Positions 56,541 through 64,000 of a stretch of 64,000 nucleotides of DNA are shown one piece after another. The stretch lies in the NCBI RefSeq assembly GCF_009914755.1, contig NC_060934.1; one strand, 5' to 3'. The notes beneath the pieces were generated by a model. It saw only the letters and a program-made list of their open reading frames with translations. It did not search any database and had not been told where the DNA came from. This DNA comes from the human T2T-CHM13v2.0 reference genome, Homo sapiens. Position 1 is the stretch's first letter; the number at the start of each line of letters is the position of its first letter. The position numbers and the translations under genes were made by a program.

Positions 56541-57289
56541 CGAAGAAACAGAAAATGAACACTGGCATCAGTCCCCTGGTCCCTGGCCCCCCTTCTCCTC
56601 CTGGGCCACTCTTCTTCACACTCCTGCGGCTTCATCTGCAACCCAAGTCCAGAGTGCCAGCCTCGAGCCAGATGTGCCTTGAGGGTGCACACAGGTCTTA
56701 CACACCCAGAGGCCCTCCCTCCACCCCTGTGCCTTATTCTACACCCACTCTTAGGGGTGCTGACATGATTAAATCATGCACGCAGTGCAGGGAGCACACA
56801 TTTCTTCCCAGTAATTATGAGGAATACCTTTTGCCCTGTCATGGATGTCACACAAAGATTCCTAACACCAGCATCCTTCCTCGAGGAGCTTGGATGTGGA
56901 CAGGCCACATCCAGGTAGTACAGGTAACATGGAGAGGTGGAAGAATGTGGTGGGAGCTACCGAGCTGGGTTTTACTTTTGGGCGAGCTGGGTTTGAGTAC
57001 TGTCTCATGTTGGGCAAGGTATTCACCCTCTCTGAGGGCCAGAATCCCTTCTTCTGCAGGAAAATAATGCAGACCAAATATAATTCCCAGTTTTGATATA
57101 GAGCTGATATACAGCTTCCAGTTCCAATAGACCAAATATAACTCCCAGGCTTTCCAGCACACACCATACATTCCAACCACATAGATGTACTCACTGCTCC
57201 TCATCACACCTTATGCCTCTGGGCCTTGCCCATGTTAACATCCTTCTCTCCTTGTTCTCTATTATTTTTATAATTAGTTGGGTATATGT

Positions 57290-57420
57290 CGATGTTCCCT
57301 GGGATGTGCCAGTGCCTTGAGGGAAGGGACTTTCCTTGTTTATCTCTGCACCAACAGGCATAGTCTAGAGACTGTCACATGGTAGGTACTTAGCACATTT
57401 GGTAAACGGTCCAACGAATC
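57290..57420 (+). mobile_element. L2 3' end
   Basis: 'ccttgagggaagggact...gtcacatggtaggtacttagcacattt'. Confidence 0.6.
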
Positions 57421-58214
57421 TATAATATCACTGAATGATTGACTATAATATCACTGAATATTGCACGTAAGAATCAATTCAGTTAATATTTTGGTTTAAT
57501 TCTTGATATGGGTGCTTCTAAAATAATTTTGATATTTTGCAGGACTCTGTGACTTAATTATGACATACCAAAGGCAAATGCCCAGAACAAGGTGAACATT
57601 GGCTCAGCTTCCTAATGCCTGTAGCTGTCTTTCTGGTATTCTTTGGGAAGGCAATGAATTCTGCCTCCTTGGAGGGATTGAACAGGACTTGGATGGGTAG
57701 TGACGAGCTGCAGACACTGAACTGGCAGGTGCAGAGAGCAAAGGGTAGTTAGAAGGTCTTCAGGGTCACTTCCAACTCTGAGAACTCTTAACCCCTCATA
57801 GTGGTGCACAAGGCAGATGGAGCCCAGATTCATGAGATGGTGTCTTCAAGAGCAGGAGTTCCTATTTGGTACAAAATCCAGAGTGTAGCCTCAGACTTTG
57901 CTCTTCCTGTGGATTCAGGGGTCCTACCTTAATTCCAGTGCTGGCCTGATACTGTCTGGCTCTGCATCTGTCTACCTGAGGGACAGTGACATTGTCCTGG
58001 AGGGCTGACCTTCCTTCTCACCCACCTCCTTCCACTGGGAGTTCCCACCACCTGGCAATGCTCTCCGAGCCTGCGGCCAGTGCATTTCCCAAAGTAAAGT
58101 CTCAAGCAGAAAGCATTTGGAAACCCTGCCTAGTGCTCGTTATCATCTTCATAGCAGAAATTGAAGTTGACGTGTTGAGGGCAAACCCAGAATGAGCCTT
58201 AGATTCCCCTAATC

Positions 58215-58948
58215 CCCTCACTGAAGAAGACACTAGTTGCCACCCCACAGCCAACTTCCCTCTAGCTGGAGGAGCTGGAAGGGTTCCCCTCGCTTCCTTT
58301 GGTCTATGCCTCCCACCGCACTGAGTCTCCTTTCACTGAGGCCGGCTCAGTCAGAGCCTTCCCTCCTAAATGTAGAGAGGATCCGCCTGCCCCATACTTT
58401 CAAGTCTCTCTGCATAGACCACACTCATCATCCCCTGCCCTGTTCACCTCCCTGCCATCAGCTTCAGCCCACCAGGCCCTAGAAGTCGTGCCCACCAGAA
58501 TCATCAGTGTCATCCTCATTACCAAATCCACAGCCTTCTCTCAGTTTCTGCAGATCCAGAAACCAACTCTCTTTTCCTCCTGGATACACAGCTCAACCGC
58601 ATTTCCAGCCCACTTGCAGTCCTGAGTAGCCAAGAGGCAGCTGCGGCCAGTGCAGTCCAAGTGTCTCTTCTGGGTTGACACACAAGCCTCCCTTCCCCTG
58701 CTGACTGCTGCAGGCTGGACACCAGGTATTGAGTAGGGGAGACAAAGCAGGCACAAGATCAAAAAAGCTCAGGTCCTTAATGGCCACTTGGAGATGTCAG
58801 CAGACTGCCCAGCATGGACACACATTTTGAACTTCATGTGAGCGAGAAATGGACTTCGTGTCAAGGTATTGAAATTTTAGGTTTCCATCCATAACATCAC
58901 ATACCGTTAGAATTTCATATTTTGTGTTTTTCTGCAGATCTGATATTC
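58215..58948 (-). repeat. Right arm of a ~750-bp inverted duplication
   Basis: Reverse-complement match to 55785-56540; the ORF track shows similar conceptual peptides (55910+ vs 58541-, 56176- vs 58299+). Confidence 0.92.
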
Positions 58949-59499
58949 CCCAGTCACTTCCTATCCCAGGACTCTTCTAGTGATGAAGATTATGAAAATT
59001 CAGACTCTCCCTGCCATAAGTAAAACTGGCTGGTATTTTATCTTCAAAGAGAAAGCCTTAAAAGAGGCATTCAAGAAAATCCTCTTTAGGAAAAGGAGAT
59101 GGGGATGTTTTTGGTGAAAGCAAGGTACTTCTCCAGCAGCAAAAATGGGAGCTGCCCGACCACCTTATTCTGCTGTTGAGATGTCAGCATCATCTCTGTT
59201 ATCTGCCAGCACCACTCATCCAGGTTACGGGCAGAGTGGACTGCACCTGAGAACAATGCACACCTAAAGAGGCGGGGCCTGCCTTCTGCTTACAATGGCT
59301 CCCTGGGCAGGTAGTTGGGATTGTGGCCACCCTCATCCCTTTCCCGCTAGAACACAGAAAGCATGGATAAAAAAGACAATCAAGACACGTCCCAGAAAAC
59401 ACAGAGTAGCTAGCAGGCTGCTGGAGGCTCAGCTCAGGGAGGCGGTCAGAGAAAACAGTGGAAGCCCAAGTGAAACCAGGATTTCCATGCAAGGCTGCC

Positions 59500-59675
59500 T
59501 GTTAAAAACCACCTGGCCAGCATCAAAACCAAACCAAACAAGAACAAAACAAACGTGAAGCCTGGGCTCCACTCCAGACCAATTAAAAGAGATTTTCCGG
59601 AAGTAGGACCTGGGCATAGGAGTTTTTTGCAAATAAATTCCATAAGTGATTCTAATGTGTGGCTGGAACTGCTTG
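59500..59675 (+). mobile_element. MER5-type hAT MITE remnant
   Basis: 'cctgggctccactccagaccaattaaa...ggacctgggcat...aagtgattctaatgtgtggc'. Confidence 0.55.
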
Positions 59676-59789
59676 GCTGAGTTGCATATAAAATGCATAG
59701 GAGCCAGAAGACCTGGGTTTGGTTATGTGGTAACTCCCATGGTGAAAGTCCTTCAGTGGCCTCATGTTGTCTTAAGAATTAAATTTGGT

Positions 59790-60900
59790 GGTAACATACC
59801 ATATATACTTTTCTCGATTTTTTTCACTTAATAAATACAGAAGATCATTCACAGAATAGTATAGAGACAGATTTCTCATTTTGAGTAGCTGTATAGTATT
59901 TTACCATGTGGATGTATAATAGTTTGTTAAACTATTTCCATAGTAATAGACATTTGGGTTGTTTCTAGTTTTTTAAATTACATACAGTAATAAAATGAAG
60001 ATCTCTGTGAACAACAATTTTTGCGTTTCTGCTGGCATGTTATTGGAGTAGATGTCTAAAAGTGGAATTGCAGAGTCAACCGGTAAATGCATACGCAGTT
60101 TTGCTAGAGATTTTCAAGTTCCTCTCCATAGGATTATGTTGTTTTACATTCTCACTATGTATCTTAGCCTGCTTAGGCTGTTCACCCATAGTCTGGGTCG
60201 CTTAAACAGCAGACATTTATTTCTCACCCTTCTGTAGGCTGGGAAGTCCCAGATCAAGCAGACTTGTTTCCTGGTGAAGGCTTTCTTTCTGGCATGTAGA
60301 TGGCCACCTTCTTGCTGTGTCTTCCCACGGCAGAGAGGGGAGGAGAAAGTAAGCTCTTCAGTGTCTCCTCTTATAAGGGCACTAATTTCATCATGTGGGC
60401 TTCGCCCCCATGACTTCATCTAAATCTAATTACCTCCCAAAGGCCCCACCTCCTAGTACCATCACATTGAGGGTTAGGGCTTCAACATATAAATGTGGGA
60501 GGCAGAGACACAAACGTTCAGCCAATAACACAAGGAATGCGTGAGAGGCTTTCATTCTTCAAAACCCCACCAAGGGAATATGCTGTCAAACTCTGGAATT
60601 TTTGCTCATCTCAGTACACTTTTAATTTTCATTTCTCTCATTATAAGGGAGATTGAAGAGCCATTTGAATTTATTTTATCTGTGAATTGTGCTATTCATA
60701 TCTGCAGCCCATGAATCCTTTTCTTCTGTTTTTAGTGGCTCCTTAAACATTAAGAACATTAACCCTTTGTTATATGTACATATATTTTTTAGCTTATCTT
60801 TTATCTTCGTATGATGTTGTTTCCTATTTTTGCAAAGTTTTATATAGTTAGATTTATAGAAATGTTTTCTCCACTTTAAAGTTATAAAAAACTTTACGCT
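59790..60900 (-). mobile_element. L1ME-like 3' remnant (host of MLT1B)
   Basis: 'atagacatttgggttgtttctagt...ctaaaagtggaattgcagagtcaa'; resumes after 60530. Confidence 0.55.
60158..60530 (-). mobile_element. MLT1A/B solo LTR
   Basis: 'gcttaaacagcagacatttatttctcac...cttataagggcactaat...gggttagggcttcaacata...ttcagccaataaca'. Confidence 0.85.
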
Positions 60901-61039
60901 TTTTAATATTTATAGCTTTGCTTCTTGAAAGAGCTATCTGTGCAAATTCTCTCAGTTTCCTCAGTTTACACATACTGCTCATGTCATTTTAGTCCAGGTT
61001 TCTGGCTCCCTCTCCCCACCCTCCACCCCTGGGATAGAG

Positions 61040-61235
61040 CTTTCCCCACTGTGCCTTAGTTGCACCATAGCTTGCCACTACTACACATTACTGCCTTATT
61101 TTATTACCTGTTTATTTTTCCCTATTCTTCCTTCATAACAGGATTCTGCTTTGCTCTTTTGAATACCTGGTGCCTTGTGCTATGTTTAGTTTGTAGTATG
61201 TGTTCAATAAATGCCTTTGAATGCATGGCTTAACA
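61040..61235 (+). mobile_element. L2 3' end
   Basis: 'gtagtatgtgttcaataaatgcctttgaatgcatg'. Confidence 0.45.
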
Positions 61236-62202
61236 AATGGTGATTACTTATTCATTGAAAAGTGCTGAGAGCTTGAAACTCCTTTTTTAAAGCTATTCCA
61301 AACATTATGAGTTCTATTTCTACTTCTGCCAGGAGCTATGCATTTGACCCAAAACCTTGGACATTTAACTTCTCTTTACACATGCATAAGTACCTTCAGA
61401 TGTAGAATGAAGTCATGGTCATGGGGCTAGGGGACATTTTGAGTCCTAAAAATCTGTTATTCTGGGCTCTATGTCAAAGGATGTAAACTCTTCCGATATA
61501 GAAAATACATTTCAGCTCATTTCTATGGAAGGAAAAAACTTGACTTTCCTATTTACATTTCGAAATATTTTTCTTCATGAGTTGGGTCAAGAACATCAAC
61601 CTGGAGTGAATCAGGCCTGGGCAAGGAGCAACTCTCCATGCTTCTCCAGTCGCTTGATTGTCTTTGTCCACAGGACTTTTGTTCTGCAGCCTCATTCAGG
61701 CAGGGCACAGAAGCCATGCTACAAACATATTTACTGGCCTCTGCAGATGTCAGTTTCTTTTGCAAATCACTGAATCTGACATCATGTCTCATGACCTGAA
61801 GGGAAAAGTTTAACTGCCCAACCCAAGTTTTGGAGGCTTGGCCTACAATGCTTCAGGGTATGAGAGAAAGCAATGCGAGCCCAGCCAGCTCTCTGGGGCC
61901 CTTTACCCCATGGATGCTAATTGTTTGGGCTGAAGCACATTGCAGAAGGGAGGGTGGTGCTGATCTGAGAGGAGTCTAGCTGCCTCTGCAGGGGTGGTGA
62001 GCTTCCCCTCTCCTCAGAGGTGAGTTGCCTATGCATCTGGTGAGTTTCACAGACCCCATGACTTAAGGTTTTTCAGAAAGATAGTGATAAATTTCTCTGC
62101 TTGCCCCATTCAGGTGGTAAGTATTGATGGATTTACTATGTGTGCAGCTCTGTTTTGGAACTGGGAATACAATGGTGGACATATAGACTTGGTAGCTTAA
62201 AA

Positions 62203-62378
62203 CAATGGTTCTCAAACTTGGCTATACGTGGGAATCATCTGGGAGCTTTTAAATATTCCAAAGCCCAGGCTGCCCCTGATACCATTTAGTCAGAAACAAA
62301 TCTGGTGGCAGGCCAAGACGTCAATATTTTTAAAATCCCCCAAGTGATTTCTATGTGTAGCCAAGGTTGAGACTCTTG
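62203..62378 (+). mobile_element. MER5A-like MITE inside a minus-strand L2 (~62115-62860)
   Basis: TIR-like 'caatggttctcaaacttgg' ... 'ccaaggttgagactcttg'; internal 'gaatcatctgggagcttttaaa'. Confidence 0.75.
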
Positions 62379-63041
62379 ACTCTGGAACCTACCTTCTAGA
62401 GGGGAAACAGAACAGTGAGATGCACTGTGACAGTGCCATCACTGTGATGCACGGGTGCGTTGGTGGCATGTGGAGGAATATCCAGGCCAGATGTGGTGGG
62501 GAGAAAAGATGCATGAGCTGAGATCCACAAGATAAGTGGGAGATACAGAGATGGAAGTCCATGGTTGAGGAGGGAGGGAGAGAGTTAGAAATAAAAAAAA
62601 AAAGCATGTCTGGCACAGGGAAAGGGTGGTTAGAACCTAGGTGAGAGGCATAAGACAGGAAAGATTCCTAGAGGAGGTGACTGAAGGGAAAGCGGTGCCA
62701 TCAATTAATTTAGAGAAAAAATGGGTGGAAGAGAAACTTTGGGGCAAAGATGAGCTCCATTTATGGATATCTTAAGTCTGGGATGTTTATCTATTTGGAT
62801 GGAAATAGTAGGCCCCTTGATGCCTTTACTCTAAGAGGAGACAGGCCTGGGAAGAAGAAATAGAAGAAATAGAAGTGGCTTACAGCAGAGACCTTTGATT
62901 GCTTACCTGGCATCCGTGCTCCTTCGCTCCTGGATGTTGGAGCCCTGGCTTTGCATGGTCATTGCTATGGGAGGTGACTGAATCCCAGGTCAGGGCCAAA
63001 TCCTGAATACTCTGAGTGAAGTGTGGCTGATTCCTGGTTTA

Positions 63042-63420
63042 TGTATTAGTTCATTCTCACATTGTTAGAAATAAATTCCTGAGACTGAATAATTTATAAA
63101 GAAAAGAGGTTTAATTAGCTCATGGTCCTATAGGCCGTACAGGAAGCGTAGTGGCTTCTGCTTCTGGGGAGGCCTCAGGAAACTTAAAATCATGGTGGAA
63201 GGCAAGGAGAAACAGGCTTCTTACATGCCCAGAGAAGGAGGAAGAAAGAGAGAGAGGGGAGTGGGAGGGTGCCACACACTTTTAAACAACCAGATCTCGT
63301 GATTATAGTAAGATCACTTACTATAATGAGGACAGCACTGGGGGGATGTTGCTAACCCATTCAGGAAGGATCCACCCCATGAAATCACCTCCCACCAGCC
63401 TCCATCTCCAACACTGGGGA
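63042..63420 (-). mobile_element. MSTA LTR, right end lost
   Basis: 'tgtattagttcattctcac...ggaggcctcaggaaactta...ctccaacactgggga', then an abrupt junction with L1MC sequence. Confidence 0.85.
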
Positions 63421-63924
63421 AATATTGCAGAGAGAAATAAACTGTATGCTCTTCACCCATGCTCCCCAATGGTAGCATCTTGCAAAATCATAGTACAACA
63501 TCAAAATTAGGATACCAACATTGATACAGTGCATCCATATATTCACATTTCTCAGCTTTACTTGTGTGTGTGTGTGTGTGTGTGTTGTATTTTTTTTATA
63601 CAATTTTATCCACCTATGTGGATTCTCATATCCACCATGACAGTTTAGAGATTAGTTCTATGAGACCAAGGTTCTCTCAAATTATACTTTTATAACCATA
63701 CTCAAACCCTCCTGTCCCTGCCACCAACTGATCTGCCTGGCAACCACTGATCTGTTCTGCAACTCTACAATGTTGTCATTTTAACAATTATATGTAAATG
63801 GAATCATATAGTATGTTCTCTTCTGTGATTGGTTTTTGTCTCACTCAGCATAATTCCCTTCAGACTCACCCAAGCTATTCTGTGTAATAGTTCTTTACCT
63901 TCATTTCAAGGCAGTCTTCTATGG
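63421..63924 (-). mobile_element. L1MC1/2-like 3'UTR fragment containing (TG)n at ~63563-63584
   Basis: 'ccccaatggtagcatcttgcaaaatcatagtacaacatc...ctggcaaccactgatctgttct'. Confidence 0.7.
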
Positions 63925-64000
63925 TGTGATGGTTAATTTGTGTCAGCTTGACTGGGCCACAGGTTACTCAGACATTTGGTCAAACATTATTCTGGGTGTT
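63925..64000 (+). mobile_element. Start of an MLT2 (ERVL) LTR, running off the window
   Basis: 'tgtgatggttaatttgtgtcagcttgactgggccacagg...catttggtcaaacattattctgggtgt'. Confidence 0.8.

Noticed and set aside
56534-57067. 177-aa ORF in the spacer of the inverted duplication
   Set aside because: No recognisable domain, the annotated start is not ATG, several overlapping ORFs of similar size lie on both strands, and there is no clear splice context. Consistent with chance in GC-richer DNA.
57420-57459. 17-bp direct repeat ctataatatcactgaat (57420-57436, 57443-57459)
   Set aside because: Only two copies with a 6-bp gap; ordinary slippage, not an array or CRISPR-like structure.
55910-58762. Pair of similar conceptual peptides on opposite strands, suggesting a duplicated gene
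   Set aside because: The similarity follows from the DNA inverted duplication. Frames are broken by indels and the sequence is LTR/L2-derived.

Overview
Primate (human or great-ape-like) non-coding genomic DNA, dominated by transposable elements. I find no credible host protein-coding exon, tRNA, rRNA or CRISPR array. The only ORFs with recognisable homology are decayed LINE-1 ORF1/ORF2 pieces and Alu-derived frames. Bases 1-17.9 kb and 48.5-64 kb are unique sequence sprinkled with MIR, L2, L3, MaLR and MER relics. Bases 17.9-47.7 kb are an almost continuous nest of mostly minus-strand L1s (L1MC/L1MB/L1PA15-16-like hosts with younger L1PA4/5-, L1PA3/4- and L1PA2-like, Alu, MST, MER51 and MER47 insertions). 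Subfamily names are from memory of consensus sequences and are approximate. I see no new gene system. The interesting content is structural: (1) an L1 3' transduction with its own AATAAA, poly(A) and TSD; (2) a probable gene-conversion tract between two L1s 11.3 kb apart; (3) a broken ~85-bp palindrome patched with a ~305-bp copy of DNA from 2 kb upstream; (4) a multi-segment templated insertion from 2 kb downstream; (5) an L1 fragment moved and inverted into an LTR; (6) an orphan polyadenylated retro-insert; (7) a ~750-bp old inverted duplication around a 1.7-kb spacer.
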